From Octopus bimaculoides (lineage: Eukaryota), in NCBI RefSeq assembly GCF_001194135.2, contig NC_068987.1:27255525-27300446 (forward strand): a stretch of 44,922 nt of DNA, given 5' to 3'. A program made the translations under genes and the position numbers. Within the stretch, counting starts at the first letter, position 1. Every line of letters begins with the position of its first letter. The notes beneath the pieces were generated by a model. The model ran no database searches, was not told the DNA's origin, and saw only the letters and a program-made list of their open reading frames with translations. Positions 1 to 12,831 of the stretch are shown piece after piece.

Positions 1-31
<31 letters not shown>

Positions 32-2107
32 GAAAGCTTGCCAGTTGGTACGGAATATTTAGATTTACATACTGAAAGCACAGAATATCATGTCAATTTC
101 AACAGTCGATCATTTATAGCGCTGATACTTTCAACTGCTTTTGTCTGACTCACTCAAGCTGAAGTTCTTTCTTACCCTCTCCGTCTCCAAAAGAGCAAAA
201 TATTGTTCAGCGCTTAAAATTGATGAACAATACCCACCTTCCTTGCCTTTATGTATTTTACATATATAATGAAGATATGGAAATATTACCAACTTTTGTT
301 ATGTATAAAATCATGAATGTATTACGTTCCTGCTTCGTTTTAAACAATTGAAAAAATGAACGTCATAATTTATTTTTAAACGGTTTATGCATTTTTCTTT
401 TGTTTTGGTAGTGATTTAAATACGATAACTTCTCTGAATTTAAGCAGGGACCATTTGATTCTGAGCCAGGTACGGAGGAAGAATTAGTTGTCGAATATGA
501 ACCCTGTCCTCCATGCTTACAAGTATAGATTCGTAAGCCTACAATATTCTTTTATGCTTACGAATATTTTTTTTTTAATATTTTACTTATAGTTCATTCA
601 GTTGTTTCAAAAATTGGTATGCATCAATGGTAAAATAACTATTCAAGACTACTTAGCTTCTAATAGAGTTATACACATACACTTGCGCGCGTTCACACAC
701 ATATTCATAAAGTCGAAAAGTAAACAATTTAGGGAACTTTATATATAGGGTCACACGCGCACGCACATACGTATGTGTATGTATATATATATGCACCCAC
801 ATACCAATATATGTATATGTAGGCATATGTATATATGTGTTTGTGTGTCCGTGTAAATGAGGATGTGTGTGTGTGTGTTTGCACGCCAGCAAGAAACAAA
901 CAGCTGCTCTAATATTTGAATGTATTTGTAACTGTATCGACTATATATTTATATTAATATCACAATTCTGAGCAACTTATTAGAATGAAAATAAAGCATA
1001 CAAGAAAAAAAATATTAAACAGGACATATTTGATAATGTATTACACCAAAGTTCCGGATGTGGCTGGAATGATTTTTTACCATTGCTCAGCTCGATCAGC
1101 GTTGTCTTTTGGTTAAATATCAGTAACAACAACAACAGCAACAACAACAAAAACAATAACATAGAGCAAAAGAAATTTTTTAAATGTTTCGCAATTTTGA
1201 ATAAAGGCAATTTTGAATAAATCTTCAATAAATAATATTGAGTTTATACAACACATAATGAAAGTCTTTCATACACAGCTTAGGCACAAAGTAAATTGTT
1301 CAAATAGAGGAAATGTTTATTTGATCCATGTATTTATTTGAAGTAATTTTATTTCTTGAATCATATCCAGTAATGTCACTCTTTATCCTAAAGATCAGTC
1401 TCAATGCTGACTACATTTACCCATTCAATTTTTAAACAATTTAAGTAGCCAAGTTGTCTCCCTTTCAGTTTTCGAGAAGATTTATTAATGCTAATAAAGA
1501 TAATCTTTACTAGACGTGCCATTTTAATTCATAAAATATCATTCTGTTTCTCATGACATTTACTTAGGTCTTATTTAACTAAATATCATATAACATAAGA
1601 ACCGAAATAACCAAGCTTAACGATATATCGAGATATTTACTTTCTAATGCGTAATGATTCTGCCATCTCTCTACATCCACATATATCTATATGTATATAT
1701 GTATGTAATGTATGTATGTACGTATGTATGTATCTATGTGTATATATGAATGTATAGTATTATATATGTATATAAGTATGAATGCGAGTATGTGCGCCTT
1801 TAATGTCTCTCTTTTCCCTACAGGGGGTGAATTCATATGTGTATATATATATATACATAATCTATCTGGAAATATAAACTGATGAAGTATTTGATAGCAA
1901 TAAATGGGAATAATAATAATATGCTTTTCAGTAAATTTGTTTCGTTTGAATAATATGCGTTTAAATATACTTTTGTGACACAGCATAGGAAGCCAGTTTC
2001 TTACATTATAGGTTTTGTTAATGTTAAGTTGGTGTGTCCTTAAATAGTAGTCCAACGATGAAAGCATCCGAAAGGAATAACGCATATGAAGAAAGATTTT
2101 ATATATA

Positions 2108-2843
2108 NNNNNNNNNNNNNNNNNNNNNNNNNNNNNNNNNNNNNNNNNNNNNNNNNNNNNNNNNNNNNNNNNNNNNNNNNNNNNNNNNNNNNNNNNNNNN
2201 NNNNNNNNNNNNNNNNNNNNNNNNNNNNNNNNNNNNNNNNNNNNNNNNNNNNNNNNNNNNNNNNNNNNNNNNNNNNNNNNNNNNNNNNNNNNNNNNNNNN
2301 NNNNNNNNNNNNNNNNNNNNNNNNNNNNNNNNNNNNNNNNNNNNNNNNNNNNNNNNNNNNNNNNNNNNNNNNNNNNNNNNNNNNNNNNNNNNNNNNNNNN
2401 NNNNNNNNNNNNNNNNNNNNNNNNNNNNNNNNNNNNNNNNNNNNNNNNNNNNNNNNNNNNNNNNNNNNNNNNNNNNNNNNNNNNNNNNNNNNNNNNNNNN
2501 NNNNNNNNNNNNNNNNNNNNNNNNNNNNNNNNNNNNNNNNNNNNNNNNNNNNNNNNNNNNNNNNNNNNNNNNNNNNNNNNNNNNNNNNNNNNNNNNNNNN
2601 NNNNNNNNNNNNNNNNNNNNNNNNNNNNNNNNNNNNNNNNNNNNNNNNNNNNNNNNNNNNNNNNNNNNNNNNNNNNNNNNNNNNNNNNNNNNNNNNNNNN
2701 NNNNNNNNNNNNNNNNNNNNNNNNNNNNNNNNNNNNNNNNNNNNNNNNNNNNNNNNNNNNNNNNNNNNNNNNNNNNNNNNNNNNNNNNNNNNNNNNNNNN
2801 NNNNNNNNNNNNNNNNNNNNNNNNNNNNNNNNNNNNNNNNNNN
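2108..2843. other. Assembly gap (N run) flanked by (TA)n and (TAG)/(TAA)n
   Basis: N run read directly. Other gaps lie at 7197-7904, 13936-14420, 23812-23843, 32205-32251, 33743-33752, 36179-36785 and 38138-38814, most flanked by microsatellites on at least one side. Confidence 0.99.
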
Positions 2844-2853
2844 AGTAGTAGTA

Positions 2854-2898
<45 letters not shown>

Positions 2899-2912
2899 TT
2901 AATAATAATGAT
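2844..2912. repeat. (TAG)n(TAA)n trinucleotide microsatellite
   Basis: Read directly. Confidence 0.95.
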
Positions 2913-2914
2913 AA

Positions 2915-3036
2915 TTTCTTTAAAAACTCCACCAATTTTTCTAGAAAGTGATTTAATCGATGCCATTGACTCCAGTATTTGATTTGTACTTTATTTATTG
3001 ATCCCGAAACGATAAAATGGCAAAGTTGAAATCGGC
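2915..3036 (-). mobile_element. Degenerate Deu/Nin-domain SINE fragment
   Basis: ccagtatttgat..tgtactttatttattgatcccgaaacgataaaatggcaaagttga aligns by eye with the better-preserved copy at 3379-3587; tRNA head is missing. Confidence 0.65.
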
Positions 3037-3080
3037 TTGTAGAGTTGGAAAGAGTACGGCAAAGAATTTCATCCAACACT

Positions 3081-3081
<1 letters not shown>

Positions 3082-3124
<43 letters not shown>

Positions 3125-3140
3125 CAACTATAATAATGAT
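3082..3140. repeat. (TAA)n microsatellite
   Basis: Read directly. Confidence 0.95.
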
Positions 3141-3242
3141 AGGGACAGATAGGATACTTAGGAAGGTTCTTGTCATCCAAGGCTACTTGTAGCCCGATGT
3201 TAGGATTCTTTTCTTTTCTAACATTCTAATCAGTTGAGTGTA

Positions 3243-3378
<136 letters not shown>

Positions 3379-3587
3379 GGTTTCAAATTTTGACACAAGG
3401 CCAGCAATTTCGGGGAGAGTGTAAGTCGATTGCATCAACCCCAGTACTCAACTGGTACTTATTTTATCGATCCCGAAATGTTGAAAGGCAAAGTTGACCT
3501 CGGCGAAATTTGAACTCAGAACGTACGGTCGGACGAAATGCCGCTAAGCATTTTGCCCGGAGTGCAAACGATTCTGCCAGCTGACCT
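3379..3587 (-). mobile_element. Near full-length tRNA-derived SINE with Deu/Nin central domain
   Basis: Minus strand: head ctggcagaatcgtt (A-box-like), gagttcaaatttc (B-box-like), central ctttgcctttcaacatttcgggatcgataaaataagtaccagtt (Deu/Nin-type domain from recall), 3' end ttgtgtcaaaatttgaaacc followed by an (ATT)n tail. Seven further minus-strand homologues and one short plus-strand fragment occur in the window. Confidence 0.9.
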
Positions 3588-6500
3588 CAGTAGTAGTAGT
3601 AGTAATAATAACAATAATAATAATATCAACAATTACAACAACAATAATTATATACATATTCTTAAGTGAGTAGACGGTGGAGAGATCATCGCGATCGACT
3701 TGAAGCATTTAGTTTCGCACTTGAGATGAGGCTATCTTTGCTTTTCCTTTTATTTACAGGCCACTTATCCTATAATATGAAATCAAATACCTATTACATT
3801 TAATGTCCATTGTATTTAGATATATTTCGTTTCTTTGTTTATTGTGTTTGTTGAATGAAAATGTGCTTATGAAGCTCACACCCCACTCCTGACTTATGAT
3901 TTGGTTGCTGCAAATATTCCTCATGAATAAATGCCTGTTTGGCGGTTGCAGGAAAGAATTGAGACCAGAGAATGACTTCTAGGAGTACTTACTGAAATAA
4001 TTCAATATAATGTTAATATTACAAGAACGTAATATAAACTGATAATATAATCATGTTTCACAGAAATCAGAAAATATAGAGCTTTTAGCTATCCAAATGT
4101 TCTAGTGACGTAATTAAATTGAAATAGCGATAACGTAGCTCTCCTACATTTTACAGCTAACGTAAATCTCCTACACTTTACATACATAGTACGATCTTCA
4201 CCAAAAGAGCTGGTGTTGCATGTGTGTATGTAGATATACGGGTATGCGCGTGTGTGTGCAAAATGTGTATAAAATGTGTATGCAGCACTTTATTGAGTAC
4301 AAATAAACCAAAAACAACTGAAGTAGTTAAAAATCGTCCGCAAAAAATTTATTATTTTGATTATGTAGCATTCATGAACTGTTGATTGTAATCATTTTCT
4401 TACTACATTAAGTGACACATAAGAAATGTTTTATGCTAATTAAGAATTGTATTAGTATATACATTTATTTCCGGTTAAAAGAAATCTAAAAAAATCGAGC
4501 TGGAAATATTTCCTTTAGATTCGTAAGCTATGTTGAAATTGGGTATTTTTTTAATATAAAGTGTGTGTTAGATATTACTTTTGCAATGATGGGCCCTGCT
4601 TGAAACAGCTGATATCTCCTATTCTTGCGGATGAACTAACTTATACCACTTCGTGAACGCTTTGCACTTATTATTTGCAAATTCTCCTGATTAATATGTC
4701 TTGTGTTGGTATGTAGATTATATTTGTTTGTTTATTTTCGGTTAGAAGTGTGTGTAGATAACTCAGTTTTCTGTTTCAAAATTTCATGTTCACACTGAAA
4801 CTCTTGCTGTTAATGCTAGAAACTCTTAGTTTGACCTATCATTGGGAATTGAATAACGAAATGTATTACATCTAAAGAAATGTTTAAATAAATGTTGACG
4901 CATTCCTGCATTGTGTCCAAATACAAGCATTTTACAGGTTTAGAAAATATAATTCATATATCGAAAAAAAAATTAGTTATTTTTATGGCGTGTGGTGAAT
5001 AACAATAGGCTGCTTACAGAGGGTTATTCCAATACATTGCTAACATTTATTATGACTTATGATTCAATATACCTTTTGATTAATACCCTTTCTTGTATAA
5101 ATCGATCGTTGTTCAATCGAAGCACTTCTTGTAAGATTTCTTTTACAAAGACAAATCTCGTCAATCGAAGAACAGTATTGTCATATATTAGAATTTCTCT
5201 TGTCTTTCATTTACATTATACCCACGCGGACCAGCAGATAGTTTAAACTATCTCTCGCTAAACCACAGAACTCATGCTTTCAACTGCACACGTGCATACA
5301 TCTGTGTAAGCTTGTATTTGAAATGTCGATAGAAAAAATATCAAAAGCCTTTTTATCAATGATGGTGCATAAAAATTAGTACTGATACTATAATTATGTA
5401 TTGCTACCAGACATGTACATACACTATTGATTACTTATCGATTCTAATGATTGCACTTCGCTATCTGTAATCCAATAATCGATTTTCTTTCTGTGCGCTA
5501 TGCAATTTTTTTACCTTTATTTCTCTTGTGTTGTCCTGTGCTATCTGATGTAGAAAACTCATCAACTCAGTGTCCAATGAAGTGCTGTTCTGACATATTT
5601 TGTTAACCACCAGATAACAAAAAGAAATTAAGCGAAACCAGCAACTTATTTTCTCCCACCATTGTCAACATGAAAAATCAAATGAATGAGCGAAAACGAA
5701 AAAAAAAAATAAAGAAAGAAAATATTAAGAAACCAAGAAAAAGTTAAAAAAAAAAAAAATAAATTCTACGTTCATTGAACAAACTAGTTTTCCTCGTTAT
5801 TCCCTTGCAACCAAACGACACACACAATCACCGAATTTTCTTACACTATTATTCACTCCCCATCATTTTTCATATAAAATTCTCTTTCTTTCTAAAGGCA
5901 GGAAATTTGAGATGAAAAATCTCATATCAGATCCCTATGTTTGTGTTTGTATCAGAACTCTCCATTTTGGTTAGATTATCGTTCAAGAAAATAAGGACAG
6001 CTGTTGCAGGATATACTTAATTTGAATAGATGTTATTTTGTGGTGCAACCCTCCTTTATAGTTTTCCATTCTTCCACACTACTTTCCCTCTGTATATTTT
6101 CCATGTCTCTTCTTTCTACCTTCCTCTGACGAGTTGGCTGGAGTGTGTAGGTCACAAGTGAAAACTGCGTAGATGGATGGTCGCCGAAGCAGCAGAGTAA
6201 AGAGGCGAGATGTAAACAGCTTAATAGGGAACCGTTGCCATATTATATAAGGCTTATACTCGATCTTCATATAGAGGGTTAACTGGAAAACAAATAGAAA
6301 AAGAAAATTAGAATAGAATGAAAAACTGAACTTTTATGCAAAGATACAAACATCAATTTATCAAAGTATGCATATGTAAGAATGATTTACGCAACAGCAT
6401 AAACAATATTCATAACAGTATTCATAAAAAGGCTTCACTTATGATTTAAAAATCGTTTTGCTTTAAATTTTGACCTAAATATGTCTTGAGATTATTGGAT

Positions 6501-6626
6501 GTTATATTATTTCAGTAGTTTACATATATCAGTCTGTATATATCTAAACGTATATATTAATGGGTATATGTGTATAGACACATACGTACACGCAGGAACA
6601 CACACACACACACACACACATACATA

Positions 6627-7110
6627 CAAGGTGTCCATAAAATCTCCTTACGATTTCAAAAATACAGTTCTATATTTAAGAGATAAGAAATTATGTACAT
6701 TATTTACATTTGACGGATATTTGCCCTCATATTGTTTGTTGTTTACGCAACGTTTCGGCTGATATATCCTCCAGGTTTCATAAGGTGTCTTGGGGAAATT
6801 TTGAACCCGGATTCTCATTCCTAAGGTATTTTTCGATGTTATTATTATACGGGATATCAACGGCCTGAAGGATAGGATCACTGATGCAATTGCTACCATT
6901 GCTAAGGGTATGCTACAGTGAACATGGCTAGAAATTCATTATCGCCTTGATGTGCTTCGTGCAATTAATAGTGCCCATATACTGATGTATTAAACAAGGC
7001 TACAAAACATTCAATATCTTCTCATTTTGTAATAGTTTCCGCATATTTATCTATTTATTTGCTTTTGTAATAAATTCTTGAAATTGTAAAGAGGCTTTAT
7101 GAACACCTTA
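6627..7110 (+). mobile_element. Internally deleted mariner-type (rosa/maT-like) element with TIRs and transposase C-terminal remnant
   Basis: Left TA|caaggtgtccataaaatctccttacgatttcaa versus reverse-complemented right TA|taaggtgttcataaagcctctttacaatttcaa: an imperfect TIR of about 33 bp with TA flanks. 6850-6990 translates as RDINGLKDRITDAIATIAKGMLQ*TWLEIHYRLDVLRAINSAHILMY, typical of the C-terminus of DD37D/DD41D transposases. Confidence 0.85.
6663..6848 (-). mobile_element. Short interspersed repeat nested in the mariner, carrying a decayed hammerhead-like motif and an (ATT)n end
   Basis: Interrupts the mariner immediately after its left TIR and ends in ttattattat. Minus-strand 6789-6744 reads GACAC-CUUAUGA-A-ACCUG-GAGGAUAUAU-CAGCC-GAAA-CG-UU-GCGUA. 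Confidence 0.65.
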
Positions 7111-8139
7111 TATATATATAAATATATATACTAATCGATGCAGTACAAACATGTATAGGTCTATTTCAAGCTGTATATATATATATATATATATATNNNN
7201 NNNNNNNNNNNNNNNNNNNNNNNNNNNNNNNNNNNNNNNNNNNNNNNNNNNNNNNNNNNNNNNNNNNNNNNNNNNNNNNNNNNNNNNNNNNNNNNNNNNN
7301 NNNNNNNNNNNNNNNNNNNNNNNNNNNNNNNNNNNNNNNNNNNNNNNNNNNNNNNNNNNNNNNNNNNNNNNNNNNNNNNNNNNNNNNNNNNNNNNNNNNN
7401 NNNNNNNNNNNNNNNNNNNNNNNNNNNNNNNNNNNNNNNNNNNNNNNNNNNNNNNNNNNNNNNNNNNNNNNNNNNNNNNNNNNNNNNNNNNNNNNNNNNN
7501 NNNNNNNNNNNNNNNNNNNNNNNNNNNNNNNNNNNNNNNNNNNNNNNNNNNNNNNNNNNNNNNNNNNNNNNNNNNNNNNNNNNNNNNNNNNNNNNNNNNN
7601 NNNNNNNNNNNNNNNNNNNNNNNNNNNNNNNNNNNNNNNNNNNNNNNNNNNNNNNNNNNNNNNNNNNNNNNNNNNNNNNNNNNNNNNNNNNNNNNNNNNN
7701 NNNNNNNNNNNNNNNNNNNNNNNNNNNNNNNNNNNNNNNNNNNNNNNNNNNNNNNNNNNNNNNNNNNNNNNNNNNNNNNNNNNNNNNNNNNNNNNNNNNN
7801 NNNNNNNNNNNNNNNNNNNNNNNNNNNNNNNNNNNNNNNNNNNNNNNNNNNNNNNNNNNNNNNNNNNNNNNNNNNNNNNNNNNNNNNNNNNNNNNNNNNN
7901 NNNNATATATATATGTATATATATATATACATATAAGTATATATATATACATTCACACACACGTATATATACACACATACATATACACATATGCATATGC
8001 GTGTTTGTATATATTTATCTATCTATACATGCATACACACACGCATATATATATCATGTCTAATCTGATTACTTTAACATGCACGGAGGTACGCACTAAT
8101 GTTACAAACCAAGCTTTTATTAATTGTATTAGGTGCTTA

Positions 8140-8235
8140 CGATGTCGTGACCTGATACGAAATTTCTGGTGAGCTGAGTAGATTTGGCAACGTGAAATGA
8201 AATGAAATGCCCTGCTGAAGGATGCAATGCACTAG
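8140..8235 (-). mobile_element. Degenerate SINE fragment related to the V-domain/CORE-like SINE at 34530
   Basis: gagctgagtagatttggcaacgtgaaatgaaatg..ccctgctgaagg resembles gccagctgagtgg..gaaatctcgtgcccaagg at about 34630-34670. Confidence 0.45.
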
Positions 8236-9934
8236 CCACTTCCGTAATGTAACTACGGCATTATAATCATTGATTTATACATGAAACATTCTTATATAAC
8301 AGTAGAGAGTGTATTAATTTCCACACAACAGGTATATTTATATAGAAATAAGTATTTACTTTATATAAACAACCGTTGATATTAATATATTTACATTTTG
8401 ATACACCAATTAAGTTCTATATTCGTATCAATATTTATGCCCTGGAATCCACACCGTTATCGCTTTTTAATAACAATAGTAAAGCTGATATTTATAGGTC
8501 TCTCGTGCAAAAATACTTTTAAATTGTTGCGAAATGGCAGAAACGACAATGTGCTTAGCTATACGTCCTAGTTATTGATGTACGGTTAAATTTTAAAGTT
8601 CATCTCCACCGGGGTAGTGATCGACTTACATGTACGAGTGATGAATGCGTCTGAATGTATGTGTGTGTGTGTGTGTGTGTGTGTGCTTTCTTGTGTGTTT
8701 TTTGATTCAGTGTATTCTACTACTTTTATACACGTTTAAAACGTTGTGCCAAAGTAAGACACAATATTTTATCCCAAGAAAATGGCAAATATAGTAGAGA
8801 GTGTAAAACTAGAAGTAAGTTGAGACATCTGAAATCGCGTTGTCGTAGGTACACAGTTAAAATTTATGAAAAGCATAAACGTCAGTGAGAACCATTCACC
8901 TTCTCTTTAAATGAAACATCTTTGAGTCCATATAACGCAATAAGAATGTTTAAATTCCACAAAATAGGGAACATAGGTGGATAGCAAGTAACTTGGGGAT
9001 CAGCTTTTATAGCGAAATTTATTTGTTAGATTGTAATCATCATTTACTGAAGTTACAATATATTCTACTTTCACTAAAAAGAACAATTTCGAAAATGAAA
9101 ATAAAAAAAATATTTCCAAGAATAAAATGATGAGATAATCTGCATGCATGCATCTTTACAGATACTCTGGTACATTTGACACTAATAAATTATTCCCTGT
9201 AAATTGTTTAAAAATAATGAAATAGTGACATGTATACATCTCTCTGAAATGCATCAACACAAGTCATTCGAGAGTTTCATCGCTGTAGCTCTATTTGATA
9301 CAACAGATGGCTATTTAGCGAGCAAAGGACGACCTGCAGTTTAAAAAAAAATGGATTGCACACTGGTTAATATCGTTTCAAATAGAGTTTGAATAAATAA
9401 TGGACAGGTTATACTTTGATCATAATTCGCACATTCAACACCAACATGGAATCAGAGAAGAATAAAAGTGAATTAGCTCACCACAAAACTAAACTACGCG
9501 TTTTTATCTAAGAAACACAGATTAAATAAAATGTCAAATAAATTTTGTATTTACAGAGAAGCATATTATAGTAGGGAAATCACTAAATGTTTCCTACCAT
9601 TAGTTCAGACATTTTCAATACTGATGATATGACAAAATTTGCATTTATATCATAGTGTATAAATAAACTTTCCAATTATGTAATAAAATCAGTTCCTAGA
9701 GTTTAAAGAAATAACAACCAACAGAAGTTATATAGAATTAAGAGGAATTAGTGTTTGAATGTAATATACGTTGTACACTAAAGAAACCAAAATCTGTTAA
9801 CCTTTCTTGCTTTATTCCGGCAGCTAATCAATTGAAGCAGATGCGACGCTAATCGATATTTATATTAATCAATTATTTAGTATAAGTCTTAATTTATAAC
9901 TTTCTTTTACGCTCTTTATATAATAAAATATATT

Positions 9935-10170
9935 TGTATATATATCTATATATCTATCACACATATGTATATATATATGCGTGTGTGTGTGAGAGAGAGA
10001 GAGAGAGTGTGTGTATACACACACAAACAATATATATATATATGTTCACAAACACACACACACACACACACCCATATATATATATAAATGTATATATCAA
10101 AATACATAGATATGTATATCTACACGTATACATTCATAAATGGCTGCACACACACATATGTATGCGTATG
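9935..10170. repeat. Compound TA/TG/GA/CA dinucleotide microsatellite
   Basis: Read directly; similar compound tracts at 740-880, 1685-1860, 7905-8055, 12040-12125, 12840-12905, 31365-31410, 33700-33796 and 36080-36178. Confidence 0.9.
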
Positions 10171-12706
10171 ATTTGAAACAAATTCATTAGTCTTTAATTT
10201 TATATTATTTCTCCATTCAAATTATTTTTCGAGAGTTCTGCTATATGAGAGCGATATTTCCATTTATTATGTACATAGAATAAATTATATGATAAACGTT
10301 TTTTATGTCTGACTTAAAATGATCTGTGTGACCATCCGTCGATGAAGAAAAAGAAAAAAAAATCATAACACGTTTTCCTAAAAGAGATAAGCAATGAACG
10401 AAAGGAATAAAGGTAGCGGAGGAGGAAATATGCTGAGACAGGGAGAATGGTACAAGGAGAATAGAGAAAAGAAAGCTTGCAGCACAGCTAATCTATGAGG
10501 GCTTAATCAAAATTAGAAGAAATCACAAAGATTTTACGTAATGGGCAAAAGTCGAAAAAAAAACGTTTCTAGAATTTATTAGGTTACAAGCATTTTAAGA
10601 TATGCAATTTACCCAATGGAAAGCGTCAATAGCCAGCATAAGGTAGGTCGAAATTGTCTGTCATCATGGAAATCAGTGAAGGTGAAGCTAGAAATAACAG
10701 CTAGACCTGCTAGAAATAAGAGCCAAATCTTCCTTAAACTTGACCGTAGGTTGTAAACACAAGGACGATGTTGAAGCATCTTTTATTTTCTCGCTTGAAT
10801 CAGATACATGGGGTTTCCGCTTAGTGAGCAATATTAATAACATCTAAAATAACATCAGTATTTTATCGAAGTCACGACCTTGAAATAATAGATTATATGT
10901 AGCACGATGTTCATCCGTTCGGTTTCTTTTTTCAGACATTGTAGTGTATTTTATGGTAAATTTGGTGCTATTTCAAGCAGGTTGATTGACGACGGAAAGG
11001 TTCCATGTGTACTGTTGCCAAGAGAGCAGAGATTCATAACTTCGGTATATAAGGTAATCAAAACTACCGTTAACCTAGATTATATAATGTTTAATGCTTG
11101 TGACTGTTATCTCAATAAATTTTAGAAAAAATACGATTCTCGTTATCAGCATGCAAAACTTGAAAATAACCTGCTGACATTTTGAAAATTTTCATAAGTT
11201 TGGAAGAAATTTAACATGACTCTATTGGTATACATCACGTTTAATCAAACTGTCACAGTATACATGGCGTAGAAGTATGATGTAATATTTTAGAAGTTAA
11301 CAATATGTGGAAATATCACAAAGAAAAACAATGACTTAATATTATAGTATAATTTTTGACTGTCTTTCACTAAACTATCACGATGAAACTGATTAAATTG
11401 CACAATGCAATCTTAGCTCAAATCATTAGACAAGTACACAACTGAAATGAATAAATGCATATAGATGAATAGGTAGACAGGTAGGTATGCGCGCGCGTGT
11501 GTTTCTGTGTGTTTGTTTGTATGTTTGTTTGTGCGCGCGCAAACATTTTTAAGGCTAATCTTCCACTACTTCTTTTGACAGATAAAATTCAGACAGCCAT
11601 GATTGTTTGGAATTGTCGCTAGATAGGTTCACTCAACTGTGACAGCTTTATGTTACGCCGCTAAACATTATCACATGACACTAAAGAACGGATGAAGCGG
11701 ATACTAATTTGAGTCATGTTCTCTCTATAAAAACAAGAGCACTTATGAACACCAACCAGTTGCAGCATAGCTCCACATCTTTCTACCTCGACTTTTGAAA
11801 AGTAGAGAAGACTGTAAAACTGGTTATGTCTTAAAAAACTTTAAAAAGAAAAAAAAATAAACGAATGCCAGTGCATTTTCAACTTCTTTACATACATACA
11901 TACATACATATATGCCCTTCCGACGACTATTTGTATTACCTAATTCTTGGATTTCCCAGACACTGGGAAATCTACCATAGACTTGGTTTACGCTATCCTT
12001 TGAATTCCTTCGGAGTACATATTTTGTACCATTGATTATATATTTGTGTGTGTGTGTATATATATATATCTGCGTGTGTGTATTTGTGTGTATGTGTGTG
12101 TGTAAACATTCGTGTGTTTCTGTGTGCGTGGGGCTTATGTTCAGTATGCAAATAAAACAACATTTTATGCCTAAGATCGTATACAATTAACATTTCTATA
12201 TAGTTTAATTATTACAAATATAAATATTTATCAAATAGAAAGTGCGATGTTCTTTAAACTTGAAACATTTGTTATATGTTTTTTGTTTTTCGGAAGTAAT
12301 TTTAAATCCATTGCTTCAATCAAAAGTTCTTATGTTTTTCGCTGATAAATATAATTTCAAATAAAGTTCGATGCAAATAATAATTAAAATTAGTTATATT
12401 TTAGGAGATTCAATGAGGTGCGCAAAGACTAATCTTACTGTGAATAGCGCTTACACTAAGTCGAAAGTATATATTTAAGATAAAGTGTGATAACATGTCA
12501 GTAAGTGATCTAAGGTGAGCGATCAAATAATTCGTAATTAATATCTGTAAAATTCGATAAAGTCATGAATTAAAAATTGCGAGTGCTTCTTATTCTGAGG
12601 CGCACAAATGTTTCGCTTTATCTAATATAGTATTTTATAAATAAGTAGAACTTTGTTTTATAATCAAATTTACTAGTAATAATTATACATGCGGAGATGC
12701 TGTTTT

Positions 12707-12831
12707 GTGTGTAGGAACTCACTTCCCACCATATGGTTCTTGGATCAGTCTCAGTTGCTATAGCCCCCACGGATCGACCAAAGCCTTTTGAGTATATTTG
12801 GTAGACGGAAATGAAAGAAGCTCGTCGTATA
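12707..12831 (+). mobile_element. tRNA-derived CORE-type octopus SINE (5' part, internally deleted) followed by a TG-rich tract
   Basis: cttcccaccatatggttcttggatcagtc...ctatagccc..cgaccaaagccttttgagtatatttggtagacggaaatgaaagaagctcgtcgtata is the reverse complement of the family at 37230-37400; it lacks the cttgggcaagtgtc CORE-like segment. Confidence 0.8.

Noticed and set aside
2034-3079. Long ORFs spanning N gaps (also 7108-7996, 13665-14537, 36080-36916, 37949-39019)
   Set aside because: They are open only because Ns translate as X; the flanks are microsatellite translations.
5480-5606. Short Cys-containing frame ..LLCCPVLSDVENSSTQCPMKCCSDIFC*
   Set aside because: No start or convincing splice sites; expected by chance.
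6079-6270. 63-aa minus-strand ORF (RRPSIYAVFTCDLH..)
   Set aside because: No recognisable motif or supporting splice signals.
11950-11972. 10-bp hairpin gatttcccag-aca-ctgggaaatc (also a 7-bp hairpin at 26256-26273)
   Set aside because: Isolated short inverted repeats are expected at this frequency; no TSD or family context.
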